A DNA stretch of 64,000 nucleotides from the human T2T-CHM13v2.0 reference genome, Homo sapiens: NCBI RefSeq assembly GCF_009914755.1, contig NC_060929.1. The stretch is one strand, 5' to 3'. Position numbers and translations under genes: made by a program. A model generated the notes under the pieces. It saw nothing but the letters and a program-made list of their open reading frames with translations. It searched no databases and was not told the DNA's origin. Positions 1 through 16,941 of the stretch are shown in pieces; positions within the stretch are counted from its first letter, which is position 1, and the number at the start of each line of letters is the position of its first letter.

Positions 1-925
1 TGGTTTCAGCTATACTAATTTATGAGGGTTATCTGTACCTTGATTTGAACTTGAATCTCTACCACTCTCCAGTTTCATGGCTTTGGGAAAACTACTTAAT
101 CTAAATGATCCTTCATTGCCTTTTCTATTATTTCTTATCTCACTGTTCTGTTTTGAAACACATATGCATTTATATTTATATATCGCATTAAGCCCAGTTC
201 CTGTTCAAAAAATGCTAGTTCCCATTTGTTTTCTTCTTTGCCCTCAATTGAAGAAGATGCTAGTTCATTTATTTCAATAACAGGTGCATTGAGTTATTGA
301 CAAACACGATATATTTTCAGATTAAAAGCTGAATGAAAATGAGAAATGGTGTTTCCTCTAGAACCGTTGACTTAAAAAACAGGAAATAGAAAAAAATTAA
401 TTGTTCTATTTTCACCATAGTTTCTATTAATGTGGAAAAATACAGAAAAATGAATGGTTATCTTGAATTAGTATTATAACAGTTGTGTCAAAAAGGTATA
501 TTTTTAAAACTTTGGCTTTTTTTTTTTTTTCTCATTCTGCCAAGCTAAGTCCATATACTAAGCACACCGCAACAGCCTAATTTAAACCTGTGGTCAAGGG
601 AAATCAATTTAGCTAAAAATACACTTTGGAGTTTTAAAGAATTAAAGTACTTCTAGACTATTCAAATATTACTGTTTCCTTGAATACATTGTCACATTTA
701 TGTAAAATCTGAAATATAGACTCTTTTCCTCTTGGCACTAGAATCCCCTTCTCGTATCTCTTTCATAGAGCAATCTGCTTTTAGGGGACAAAGAATTTGC
801 TAAAATGCTTGTAGTGAGAGGAAAGGCCCTGAAGGGTTTTGCTCAACTAATAATGGATTGTCACTGAACTGTCTGTTTAAGGGGGTGACTGTTTAACTAC
901 AGGGCTTCAGCTTTGCTGAACAGGG

Positions 926-945
926 TGTGCCATGAGGGGGCAGAG
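926..945 (+). promoter_or_regulatory. Candidate CTCF motif
   Basis: tgtgCCATGAGGGGGCAGag matches CCASYAGRKGGCRS at 12/14 positions; motif only. Confidence 0.3.
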
Positions 946-2130
946 CAGACTTGTTTGAAGCAATCAAAATGTGTATTTGCTCTACAGGAAAAGAGTTGGC
1001 AAAGAAAATTGTACACCATGAGCAAATGGGATTTATTTCAGATATGCAAAGCTAATTCAGTATTTGAAAATCTAATGTAACCATCACATCAACAAGCTAA
1101 AGAAGATAAACCATATGATCATATTGTTAGATACAGAAAGAGCATTTTACAAAATCCAACACCTAGTCATAATAAAAACTTTCAGCAGACTAGAAATATA
1201 GAAGACTTTCTAAACTTAAAGAACATGCACAAAAACCCTACGGCAAATATCATATTTAATGGTGAGAAATTATATCAGTAAAAAGATATGCCCAGTTTAA
1301 TCACTCAGACACAACATCTTATTAGAAGGACTAGCTAATGCAATATAACAAAGAAAAGGAAATAAACATATATATGTTAAAAAGAAAGGAGTAAAATTGT
1401 CTTTTTTCACAGATAACATGATTGTTAATGTATTTAGAAAATCAGAAAAAGTCAACCAAAAATCTCCTGAAATTAAGCAAATATAGTAAGATTCAGATAC
1501 CAGTTTAATATAAAAAAGTTAACCAATTTCCTACATACCAGCAATTAGCAGTTGGAATTTAAAATTTGAAAATTTTAAAAATACTTTTGCCATACAAAAA
1601 ATTTTTATATGCATATTGCTAAGTAAAAGGAGTTAGTGTGAAATGGCTCTACACTGTGATTTCTCTTCAATAACATTTTGGAAAAGGCAAAATTATTGAA
1701 GTGGTTTCTGGAAAATTGGGGGATGGAAGAAGAGAGGGATGAATAGGTAAACACGGGGGAGTTTTTAAGGTATTGAAACTATTTTATATGATATTGTAAT
1801 TATTAATACATGACACTATATAATTGCCCAAAATCAGAAATGTACAGTGCAAAGAGAGAGTCTTAAAGTATGTAAATTCAAATATCTACCATTTAGGAGA
1901 TTGGGGTATTCCAGCATGAGACATAGTATGTGACAAAAAAGGCTAACTCTATTACAAATATCTAAAACAACCTCATTGAAAGAATGATAAAAAGGTGCTG
2001 ACCTAAGTAACTGGAAACCTATGGACCCTTTAAAACCGAAGCGAAAGAAACTGTACATAGCACTATACTTTGGTTGATAAAGTTATTTCCCATGGAGATA
2101 CAAGTTAAAAATTCTGATGTTTCATATATA

Positions 2131-2475
2131 TAGTCATTTGTTGCTTAACAACAGAGATACATGTTGAGAACTGCTTCATTAGTCAATTTCATCATTATGT
2201 AAACATCATAGAGTGCTTACGCCAGCCTAGATAGTATAGCCTACACGCACCTAGGCTATATGTTATAGCCTATTGCCCCTAGGCTACAAACCTGAATAGC
2301 ATGTTACTGTATTGAATTCTGTGGACAACTGTAACATAATGGTAAGTACTTGTGTATTTAAACACATCTAAACATAGAAAAGGTGCAATAAAAATATGGC
2401 ATTCTAATCTTACGGGATCTACATTGTATATACAGCGTATTGTTGGCTGAAACATTGTTATGCAATGTGTGACTC
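2131..2475 (+). mobile_element. Tigger3a/MER7A non-autonomous DNA transposon
   Basis: ~345 bp, degenerate TIRs (tagtca.../...tgactc), TA on both flanks, internal 'cctaggctatatgttatagcctattgcccctaggctacaaacctg'. Confidence 0.85.
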
Positions 2476-3701
2476 TATACTGGACTTGAACAATTAAGAA
2501 AACAAATGGTAGATGATGGAGTCAGTTTTCTCATCATTGGAATGGGATTTTACAAACAATGGCAGGATACCAGAATAATTCATGTGATAATAGACTGGAG
2601 TTGAAGACTGTGTGTAAACTCATATTTAGCTTAATATAAATACAGACGTTTAGATATGGAAACATTTAAAAATATGTGCATATATATATGTTCTTCTGCA
2701 CACATATGTCCTTGCTCTGTCAGCTGAGAGGGCATATAAATAAAAACAGTCCTGCAGGAATGAACACATCTAGCTCCTAGACCTTGATTTCTAATACCAT
2801 TGTCTTATAAAAGGAGCCATTTAGAGAAATGGCTGGGGCAGAAAATATAAAAAATGAGTCATCTTGTAGTTCCAGAAAGTAAAAAGTACTCAAAACAAAT
2901 AAAAATCAAAAACCACTACCCACAGGAATGAGGGTATGTCAAGGGAAGCAGAAGGCAATCAAAAGAGCTCCTATGGCCAATACTATACCAATTTGAATAA
3001 CAAAAGTAGAATTATATTAGAACCATAGAGTTATTGTGTATGAGTCTATGCTGATATAAATAAGTGATTGGATACATAAATCAATAAATGAAAGAAGAAA
3101 CAACTCTCCAACGTAGAAGAATTTCAGGTAATTTTTGCAGATATTCCTCTCTCAAGGAGGTGGTGCCTTACTGCCCACTCATAAGGTGTGGGCTGAACAG
3201 TGTCTTCCTTTCAAAGAAGGAATGGGAAGTATGAAAAGCAGGGAAGAAAAAAGTAACTTTACAGTGGAGAAACCTGACAAGCCTTACTTGAGCCTGCTGA
3301 CTGAGGTCAATATCAACAGCGATAAGTCATGTTGACAGTATGAAAGGTTGATATAATGTGATGGAAATGGCACTTTACCACTATGGATTTTGTGACAACA
3401 GCTCATAACTCAAGTCTAATCATAAGAAAACATCAGACAAACACCAGCTGAGGGACATTCTACAAAATACTTGACCAATACTCCCCAAAACTGTCAAGAT
3501 CATCAAAAACTAGGGGAGTCAAACTGTCACATCCAAAGGAGCCTATGAAGACATTTTGACAACTGTAATGGGGTATACTGGGTGAGATCCCGGAATAAAA
3601 CGAGGACAATAGGTAAAAGCTAATTGCGTATTTAAATTAATTATATAGAATAATTTTAAAATGTTGGTTCTTTAATTGTCAAATATACTATTCTAATGTA
3701 A

Positions 3702-4025
<324 letters not shown>

Positions 4026-4442
4026 TAAGCTTCTAATAAGAGGGGAAACTGTGTTCAGGGTATATAGGAACTATGTAATATCTTCTGCTGTCTTTACAAT
4101 TTTTCTATAAATGTAAAAATACTATAGAAAATAAAGTCTGTTAAAAACAAACAAGCAAACAAAAACAATTGTGTCCTAGGCATCCTCATTCCATGCCTCC
4201 CAGTTAGCCTGTGTCCCAGGCAGGACCATGCAGTGTCCAGGATGCCAGGTTGATCAGATGGCGTGTGCCATTGCCCTGGCTGTGCCTTTTGCTCTTTGTC
4301 ACTTCTAACCTGCCTGAAAGTCCTCCTCCATCTCTTTTAAAAGTGAAAATATATTTCAAAAAAAAATTCAGTCATAAAAATAAAAGATGTTACATTGGGA
4401 AATTCTGTAAATAGTGGTATCTGTTTTTACTGTGTTTTCACA

Positions 4443-4546
4443 TGTGCTTGATGACAACATGTAATTCTCCTTTTAAATTCCACTCATACCTCACTATGAG
4501 TATGTTGAAAGTTTTAACATGGATATTATACCTCTATTAGAATCAT
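4443..4546 (+). repeat. Inverted duplication 1, left arm (pairs with 6750-6853)
   Basis: 104 bp, 6 mismatches to the reverse complement of 6750-6853. Confidence 0.95.
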
Positions 4547-4833
4547 TCTTAAATGACTTTTAAAAAGTTCATTTTTCTTTTCCAAATATATTTGTTTCTT
4601 CTAATACGAGTGTGATGTCATCCTTCTCTGCCATGCCTTCTGCCAAACTTCAGTGTATTTCAGTAGCTAAATTAGAGTATTTGGGCTAAAAGGAACCAAG
4701 GAGTTAAACTCAGCTCTTATGGAGTGACTGCTTCAGCTTCTAAAGAAGACCTTGTTCATGGATGGAGGATGGCAGTGGTGTTGACACCACTACCATCCTT
4801 GGCTTATTTTATTTGCACCTCCTCAGATATCCT

Positions 4834-5199
<366 letters not shown>

Positions 5200-5589
5200 T
5201 AAGGAAAAAATATGTACACTAGAAAAAAATACTATAAAATCCTTCAGGGTCTTTTGAAATCTACTTTTAAAAAGTGTACTGCAGGCCCAATTTCAGGTTC
5301 TGGCTCAAGCATTTATGCCTGCCCCCACTGTCCTGAAGTCTGTGAACTCTGCTACTGTGGGGTAGATGTGAATAAACTGCCCTAAGAAGAGATGCCATTC
5401 TCTGACAGTCTTTACAGGCAGATAAGAGACTAGTAGCTTCCTCTATCACACACGGGAAAATTGGAAGTCTGAGGGTTGGCTAAGCCCTGAGCTCTGAAGT
5501 TGGGGGAAATCTCTATCTCTGATTCTTTTGCTGGAAATAGCTGCAATTTGCACTATGACCCTTCGTTTTTTCCCCAGTAAAGAGTTGGG

Positions 5590-5902
<313 letters not shown>

Positions 5903-6241
5903 AAAGAGTTGGGAAGTGAGCACTGCCACCCCAAACTCTTAGCTTAGTCTTAATGAAGATGCAAAGAAGTCCATCTCTTTCTCTTCTTATACCTAAGCTA
6001 TAGAGTATTCCTGGGCAGGGAATTGCTGTGTGTGCACATGAGCAGGAATTTTGTACTGCTCTACCTGAAAGGAGATATGCCACTCTCTTACTTGCCTTCC
6101 CTATCTTATCCCCAGAGAGGGCGCTAACAGCTTGTGTTTGGAGATTTTTAGCTGTTGACAGCAGGACATTTGGGATCCTGGGTGCTGAATATAGTAAGTC
6201 AAATTATTGTTTGTGTATCTGCTCTCCCCACCAAACAATAG

Positions 6242-6608
6242 CACATTAGTTCGTTCACACACTACTATAAAGAAATACCTGATACTGGGTAACTTATAAA
6301 GGAAAGGGATTTAATTGACTCACAGTCCCACATGGCTAGGGTGGCCTCAGGAACATAAAATCATAGCAGAAGGTAAAGGGGAAAAGGACCTATTTCACAT
6401 GGGGATAAGAGAGAGAAGAGCAAGCAAGTGAAATGCCAGATACTTATAAAACCATCAGATCTCATGAGAACTCACTCACTACCACCAGAACAGCATGGGG
6501 AAAACCGCCCCTATGATTCAATCACCTACCACCAGGTTCCTCCCTCAACACCTGGGGTTTACAATTCAATATGAGATTTGGGTGGGGACACAAAGCCTAA
6601 CCATATCA
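6242..6608 (-). mobile_element. Solo THE1/MST (ERVL-MaLR) LTR
   Basis: Ends ...aaccatatca, contains 'aaaccatcagatctcatgagaactcactcact'; 5-bp TSD aatag. Confidence 0.9.
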
Positions 6609-6749
6609 AATAGGAAGCCTAGGAAAAGGGAGGGCTGAGGAAAATGACAGAAAAGCTTGGAGGTTGAGAAGGATACATTATTTAGCAGCCTGTGCAAGAA
6701 ATATCTTCACATTGTTACAAGCAGTTATCAAAAAAGGGAGGGTAAAAGT

Positions 6750-7151
6750 ATGATTCTAATATAGGTATAATATCTATGTTAAAGCTTTCAACATACTCAT
6801 AGTGAGATACGAGTAGAATTTAAAAGGAGAATTACATGTTGTCATCAAGCACAGCTGGAGGAAACACCAACTTCACCTTGCCCTAGAGGGCAATGCCAGG
6901 TTGAGTAATATCCATGCAGATATTATCAGATACTATCAAAGATAAATCTCATGTGTTCTTCCACAGAAAGGCCACCAATGTGCTCTAAAGCCATAAGCCC
7001 TGAGAAATTATTAGAAGATGAGACCTGGGTTTGCTGTGTATGTATCAGGGGAAAAGGTGCTAGCATCATGATTAGGGATGCTGGGAACTTCCCATTTCTT
7101 CATACCAACTGGTTAATCTTTGGTTCTTCAACCTTTTCTTCTGTGGTCCTA
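6750..7151 (-). repeat. Segment shared by inverted duplications 1 (6750-6853) and 2 (6834-7151)
   Basis: Reverse complement matches 4443-4546 and 7889-8200. Confidence 0.93.
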
Positions 7152-7888
7152 CCTATGTACAATAGAAAAAAGGTCTTTTGAGTTCAAGGATAATTTTTTC
7201 TGTCAGTATTTATTGACAGTAATTACTTTGCATTGCTGTCAATTATCTACAACTTTTACAGTGTTTTAAAATAGATGCCATAGAATCAAATTCTGAAAAC
7301 TCTGAAAGGTGCGCTATAGACAAAATACAGTTTTCAGCAGAAGCACAGCTATTTTTTCCTAAAATATGTTCAAATAGATTTCAGGCCATGCTCCAGGCAA
7401 AGCATATGAAATCATTTCACATACAGAGACATGAAAATTAAGCTCTGACCAATGCCAGCTTTCCATACTTTCCACGGGATAACTCAGCTTGCAGAGACTG
7501 CTGCATTTTTGAAAAATTAACCAGTGTCCAGAAGACACAGAACTGGGTAGATGTTGGGTTGCAGTGGGTGGTATATGTTTGGGAAATATTGCTGTAGTAA
7601 GCAACGGGATGGTGGGGTAGCATAGAAACAGCAGAGATGCAGCTTAAGAATTGTCAAAGTCTCTGGTATTAATCTATCTGGAACAAACATGAACTTGGAA
7701 ATGCCAGCTCCCCATTGGCTTGGAGCCTCATGGAAGGAAAGGCCCTCCGCATGGAGAGTCTCTGTGAGGTTGCTGACTTGATGACTTCATTGCAAGGCAC
7801 TGGGAGCAGATAACCTGTGCAACCACACAATTCCTAGTTTAAAATGGGACAGGGAGTGGGGAACAGGTTGACTTGGTGGTAGACTGCA

Positions 7889-8200
7889 TAGGAACACAGG
7901 AAAAAAAAAAAGATGAAAAAGGAAAGATTAACCATTTGATATGAAGGAATGGGAAGACCCCAGTATTCCTAAGCATGATGCTCACATATTTTTCTCTAAT
8001 ATATACACAGCAAACCCAAGTATCACCTTCTTGTGACTGCTCAGTGCTTGTGGCTACAGACCACATTGGTGGCCTCTCTGTGGAAGAGCACATGGGATGT
8101 ATCTTTGATAATATCTGCATGGATATTGTTCAACATGATGTTGCCCTCTTGGGCAAGGTAAACTTGGTGCTTCCTCCAGCTGTGTTTGATGAAAACATGT
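7889..8200 (+). repeat. Inverted duplication 2, right arm (pairs with 6834-7151)
   Basis: 37 substitutions in a 225-bp core plus a 10-bp indel; ORF track gives near-identical 'MCSSTERPPM...WVCCV' peptides on opposite strands. Confidence 0.93.
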
Positions 8201-8349
8201 CAGACTCTGTCCTCTTCCTTCTAATACTTTTTTATAAGGTGAAGAAACAAAACTCTGTAATTTTCCAGGAGCCCTTTGTCAAATATCAAACATATTTTTA
8301 TACGTTAAAGATGTCCTAACATTTTAAATTTATTTTTATATTTAAAATC

Positions 8350-8620
8350 TGATGTTAAAGCAAAATTCAAAAATTGTCATGATATTTGAACAGATAAGAT
8401 AGGATTATGGTCATGGTTGCCTGAAAAACAATTCTTAGTTTTTCTATATAAAATGAGAATAAATATTTAAAAGTAAATATATAAGATAACATGATTGTAA
8501 ATAATCTTGGTTCTTTCCTAAGCGAGAAAACTTTGTTTTCTTAAATAATCAAGAACATGATAAAATCAACATAAAGCATGGAAAATTATTCTAGTAAAAG
8601 ATAGAATCTTTGCTGTCTCA
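8350..8620. mobile_element. Possible ERV1 (MER4-group) internal fragment
   Basis: AT-rich 'aaaatcaacataaagcatggaaaattattctagtaaaagatagaatctttg' resembles MER4-type internal sequence. Confidence 0.35.
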
Positions 8621-8806
8621 GTAGATTGCATGAGAGAGGCAGAGGGCATCTTTCAGGTAGTAGACAAAGGCAATAAACAGTATATAAAGGAAACAAGCCC
8701 AAGGTTTCATGATGCAAGCCTGGAGATCTAAGCCAGGGCATGCATGCTCGCTGCCTAGTTATCTGGGCCCAGAAAGTGACAATCTCTCCAAAATAATTGA
8801 AATCTT

Positions 8807-9104
8807 GGCCAGAAGCGGTGGCTCATGCCTGTAATCCCAGCACTTTGGGAGGCCAAGGTGGGTGGATTACGAGGTCAGGAGTTTAAGACCAGCCTGGCCA
8901 AGATGGTGAAACCCCATCCTACTAAAAATACAAAAATTAGCTGAGCATGGTGGCGAGCACCTGTAATCGCAGCTACTCAGGAGGCTGAGGCAAAGAATTG
9001 CTTGAACCCGGGAGGCAGAGGTTGCAGTGAGCCGAGATTGTGCCACTGCACTCCAGCCTGGGCGACAGAGCAAGACTCCATATCAAAAAAATAAAAAAAA
9101 ATAA
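8807..9104 (+). mobile_element. Alu (AluS)
   Basis: Alu dimer, A tail, degenerate TSD aaaataattgaaatct/aaaataactggaatct. Confidence 0.95.
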
Positions 9105-10071
9105 AAAATAACTGGAATCTGAACTCCCCTTCCTAACCCATCAATTATGGCAGAAACAACTGAAAAATGTGTTACTTACTTCTGTGGTCCACAGATCTCA
9201 GGAAGCCCTTAGTCCTTCAGCTCTCAATCTTCCCCAGGTAAGCCTGGCCCCCTAGTCCTACGTAATAGTTTCTGAAGTTCTCAGAGAATTTGCTGTCAGG
9301 GAGGAGATTTAAAAACAACTGCAGTTCCACTTTCAAAATTGGCTCATTGAACAACAGATAGGCCTGGTCCGCATGACTAAAGAGACTTTGGCACTGATGC
9401 AGCCTCAGGGCAAATGTCCAGGAATGTTGGTATTCTAGATCCCCTCAAGAGCCCTAGGTACAGTACAGAACCCAAATTTGAGATATTCACATCTAGGGAG
9501 TAACTAACTACTTTCTTGTGTAGCTGCAAAACTCCCTTAATCATCAGTTTACTTCTTTCCGAGGGTATATCATTTTCTTTGATAACAGATGCCTCTTGGT
9601 CAGTACTCATTTTGTTAATGCTTTCATTTTTACTCATCCCAGCTTGGGATATAGGGGATGAATATGCTGTTGCCGTTGTAGTTAGTCTCACGGTATCCAT
9701 CAACAACCAATAACAAAATAGTAATAGCCACCAAATGAGGTATTACCAGGGAGGGAAGTAAGGCCTATGTCCAAAGCAGCGTGTCCAAAAACCCCGGGGG
9801 ATATCATTGCTTTAGTTGTGATATCTTTTTACCATTGGCTCCAGTTTAAATTATTATCAGTCACTGGTGTTTGCAGCTCAAAAAATTATTAGTCTGTACA
9901 CCTTAGTGAGTGGATTCTATGGCTTTTTTTTTTCCCACAGATTCACTGAAAAGTTGCTGCCTTTTCAGTGTTCTTATATAAACCTCTACGTAGAATCCTC
10001 ATACAACATATGAACTAACTACAATACCTAATCAGGCCAATCAGATGCTTGCCTTCTTTTTGTTTGCCAGA

Positions 10072-10384
10072 TTTTTTTTTTTTTTTTTTTTTTTTTAGAC
10101 AAAGTCTTGCTTCTGTCGCCCATGCTGGAATGCAGTGGCACAATCTCGGCTCACTGCAACCTCTGCCTCCTGGGTTCAAGCAATTGTCTGCCTCAACCTC
10201 CTGATTAGCTGAGATTACAGGCACCTGCCACCACACCCAGCTAATTTTTTTTTTTTTTGTATTTTTAGTAGAAATGGGGTTTCACCATCTTGGCCAGGCT
10301 GGTCTTGAACCCCTAACCTCATGATCCACCTGCTTTGGCCTCCCAAAGTTCTGGGATTACAGGCATGAGCCACCATGGCCAGTC
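10072..10384 (-). mobile_element. Alu (AluS)
   Basis: Poly-T plus Alu dimer inside the ERVL pol remnant. Confidence 0.95.
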
Positions 10385-10478
10385 TGGAATTTTTAAGGCT
10401 ACCAATTCTTCTTTAGTAGATTCATAGTTTATCCTTGGGACATTATTTTACATAGTGTTCAGATTTTTGCTTGGGTGA

Positions 10479-13070
<2,592 letters not shown>

Positions 13071-14643
13071 GGTGACTAGCCCATGTAACTTCGCAGGGTT
13101 AATTATGGTCCTGGCTACTCAGATATTGAGACATTTTCTCCTATGTCAGCCTGTACTCTGTTTTTCGCCCCTCCAATAAGAACAATTCATCAATATAATG
13201 GTACCATGTCACCTATGGTAGGATCTTAGACTTTTCCAGGTCTCTGCTTAATTGCTAGAGACGAATCATGGGGAAGTTTAGACAGCCTTTAGACAGTAAA
13301 GTAAAAATATATTGTGACACAGACATGAAAATACAAATTGATTTTGATCATCTGGATGCAATGGAGTGCTTGAGAAGCATTAGTAATGCCCACCCCTATG
13401 TACCAAGCACCTTCATTCTATGCAATAGATTCTGTTATCTGGAACTGCAAGGGCAAAGGGAGCTACTGCAACATTGACCTGGAAATAGTCCACAGAGACG
13501 TGTCAAGTACTGTGGGACTTCTTCACTGGCCACATAATGCTATCACAATGGGATAACATGAAGTAACTCTGCCTCTACTATCACCTTGAACAATGTTATG
13601 ATTTCTTCCTACCGTTGCCCCTCCAGTATCTTATATTGTTTCATAGTAGTTACGTGATTAGGCAAAGTAAGGCTAATGTGCTCCAGTTATGTAATCTTCC
13701 TACTACCACTGTTCTAATCAGGGTATCTCCCCTTTGAGGACATTCCTTAGAATCAAGAGTGGATTACACACTCAACACATCTAACTCCACAATGTCTTCT
13801 GCATTATCAATACTGTTGTGCACTGCTCCAAAAGGACCTACTCACAAGTCGATTAGTTTATTGTCTAATTTGAGAATTTTTGCAAATCCGGTTAAAATTT
13901 TTTTTGGCCCCACTCTTAGGTGCTTTCCAGCACCACAGGGCTGAAAAGGTTTGGCAAACCTGGTTTCTGTAAAATCCTCTGTACACCTTTACAAGTAAAT
14001 AAGGTCTCCAGTCCCCTTTAGGCAACTTTAGTCTCTACTCTTGTCTGTTTGTTCTTGAAGAGGGCAAAATAAGGACAGAGAAGTGGTATCCAAGGTGTTG
14101 AATCAACACAAGTCCAAACAGCACAAACCTCAGCAAGGGTGCTGAGATCCTCCTTCCTTGCCTCCTGTTGGTCACACTAAAGGTAAAGATAGTGGGGGAT
14201 TTCCTCTGCTACTCTCCAGATCTTCAAAGTTTGTGTCCCTTTAAAGGTTTGATAATGAGGGATAATATCTTCTGAGGGGAAACCACTAATCTCCTTGGGG
14301 ACTTCCTGATATAATAGCCAGATCCACATGGTTCTAGTGTTTGCATTTTAATAGGTTTTATTTATCCCTCCTTACACTGTAGGTCTAAGGTCACTTTCCC
14401 TGACATTTGCCAAAACTTTCCCAAGCAGTTGTTTCCAGTAGAGCTTATCCCAGGGTATCCCAATAGGGTAGTGGTGCTGATTGAACAAATCAGTAAATCA
14501 GACCCAGGTGACTATTTCATTATCTGGGTGCTCATGATATCCTTATCAATCCAGGGTGGGGGTTAAAGAAGTTCTAAGGGAAGTTAGAACTTCTCCAACA
14601 GATTTCCTTGGGTGCTTACCGGAGGATGGAAACTCATTCTGAG

Positions 14644-16941
14644 TGTATTAGTTTATTTTCACACTGCTATATGGAGATACCCAAGACTGGGTAATTTATA
14701 AGGGAAAGAGGTTTAATTGACTCAGAGTTAAGCATAGCTGAGGAGGCCTCAGAAAACTTACAATCATAGGGTAAGGCAAAGGGGAAGTAAGGCACCTTCT
14801 TCACAAGGTGGCAGGAAGGAGAATTTCCAAGCAAAGGGGGAAGAGCCCCTTATAAAACCATCATATTGTGAGAACTCACTCACTATCATGAGAACAGCAT
14901 GGTGGAAACCACTCCCATAATTCAGTTACTTCCACCTGGTCTCTCCCTTGACATGTGGGGATTATGGGGATTACAATTCAAGATGAGAGTTGGGTAGGGA
15001 CAAAGAGCCTAACCATATCATTCCACCCCTGGCCCCTCCCAAATCATGTCCCTTTTACATTTTAAAACCAATCATGCCTTCCCAACAGCCTCACAAAGTC
15101 TTAATTCATTTCAGCATTAACCCAAAAGTCCAAATCCAAAGTCTCATCTGAGACAAGGAAAATCCGTTTCGCCTATGAGCCTGTAACATCAAAAGCAAGT
15201 TAGTTACTTCCTAGACACAATGCGGGTACAGGCATTGGATAAATACACCCATTTGAAATGGAATAAATTGGCCAAAACAAACAGGTTACAGGCCTTATGC
15301 AAATCCAAAATCCAGTGGGGCTGTTAAATCTTAAAACTCCAAAATGATCTCATTTGACACCATACCTCACATCTAGGTCATGCTAATGCAAGAAGTGGGC
15401 CCCCATGGTCTTGGGCTGCTCTGCCCCTGTGGCTTTGCAGGGCACAGTCACCCTTCTGGCTGCTTTTATGGGCTGTCATTGTCTACTGCTTTTCTAGGCA
15501 CATGGTGCCAGCTGTCAGTAGATCTACCATTCTAGGGTCTGGAGGATGGTGGCCCTCTTCTCACAGCTCCACTAGGCAGTGCCCAGTGGAAACTCTGTGG
15601 GGGCTCTGATCCCACATTTTCCTTCCACACTGCCCTAGCAGAGGTTCTCCATGAGGACTCCACCCCTGCAGCAAACTTCTGCCTGGACATCCAGGCATTT
15701 CTATACATCCTCTGAAATCTAGGAAGGGGTTCCCCAACCTAGATTCTTGACTTCTGTGTACCCATAACAGCCTGAGCTGTGCCTTGGCCCCTTTTACCCA
15801 CAGCTGGGACACAGAGAACCAAGTTCTGAGATTGCACAAAGCAGCAAGGCCCTGGGCCTGGCCCACAAAACCATATTTTCCTCCTAGGCCTCCAGTCCTG
15901 TGATGGGAGGGGCTGCTATGAAGACCTCTGGCATGCCCCAGAGACATTTTCCTCATTGTCTTGGTGATTAACATTCGACTTCTTGTTATTTATGCAGATT
16001 TCTGCAGCTGGATTGAATTTCTCCTCAGAAAATGGGTATTTCTTTCTATCGCATTGTCAGGCTGCAAATTTTCTAAACTTTTATGCTCTATTCCCTTTTA
16101 AGCATAAGCTCCAATTCCAAAACATCTCTTTGTAAATGCATAAAACTGAGCACTTTTAACAAAACCCAAGTCACTTCTTGAATGCTTTGCTGCTTAGAAA
16201 TTTCTTCTGCCAGATACCCTAAATCATCTCTTTCAAGTTCAAAGTTCCACATATCTCTAGGGCAGGGGCAAAATGTTGCCAGTCTCTTTGCATACCAAGT
16301 AACATTTACTCCAATTCCAAATGAGTTCCTCATCTGCACCTGAGACCACCTCAGCGTGGACTTCATTCTCCACATCACTATTGGCATTTTGGTCAAAACC
16401 ATTTAACAAGTCTCTAGGAAGTTACAAACATTCCCACATCTTTCTGTCTTCTTCTGAGTCCTTCGACTTCTGCTTGCTACCCAGTTCCAAAGACACTTCC
16501 ATATCATCAGGTAACTTTATAGCCACACCCCACCCTCTGTGGTACAAATGTATTATATTAGTCTATTTTCATACTTCTATAAGAAAATACCCAAGACTGG
16601 GTCATTTATAAAGAAAAGAGGTTTAATTAACTCACAGTTCAACATGGCTGGGGAGGCCTCAGGAAACTTACAATCATGATGGAAGGCAAAGGGGAGGCAA
16701 GGCACCTTCTTCATGAGGCGGCAGGAAGGAGAAGTGCTGAGCAAAGGGGAAAGAGGCCCTTATAAAATTATCAGATCTCATAAGAACTCACTCATTATTA
16801 CAAGAACAGCATGGCGGAAATCACCCTCACAATTGATTTACCTCCATCTGGTCTCTCCGTTCACATGTGGGGACTATGGGGATTGTGAGGATTACAATTC
16901 AAGGTGAGGTTTGGGTGGGGACACCAAGCATAACTATATCA
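14644..16941 (-). mobile_element. Full-length THE1 (C/D-like): LTRs 14644-15020 and 16554-16941
   Basis: Two LTRs (tgtattagt...atatca) around a MaLR internal region (ORF remnant RLATFCPCPRDMWNFELERDDLGYLAEEISKQQSIQEV); degenerate TSD ctgag/ctgga. Confidence 0.93.

Noticed and set aside
7212-7243. 11/12-bp inverted repeat attgacagtaat...attgctgtcaat
   Set aside because: Short and AT-rich; compatible with chance
7560-7860. Short peptide resemblances (SGINLSGTN...EMPA like glutamine synthetase; NSRDAA.EL like a dsRNA-binding motif)
   Set aside because: Too short, in different frames and not extendable by eye; needs BLASTX
7975-8319. 114-aa ORF and its inverted paralog as a functional gene pair
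   Set aside because: The paralog has a stop and a 10-bp frameshift; substitutions show no third-position bias; no recognisable protein family
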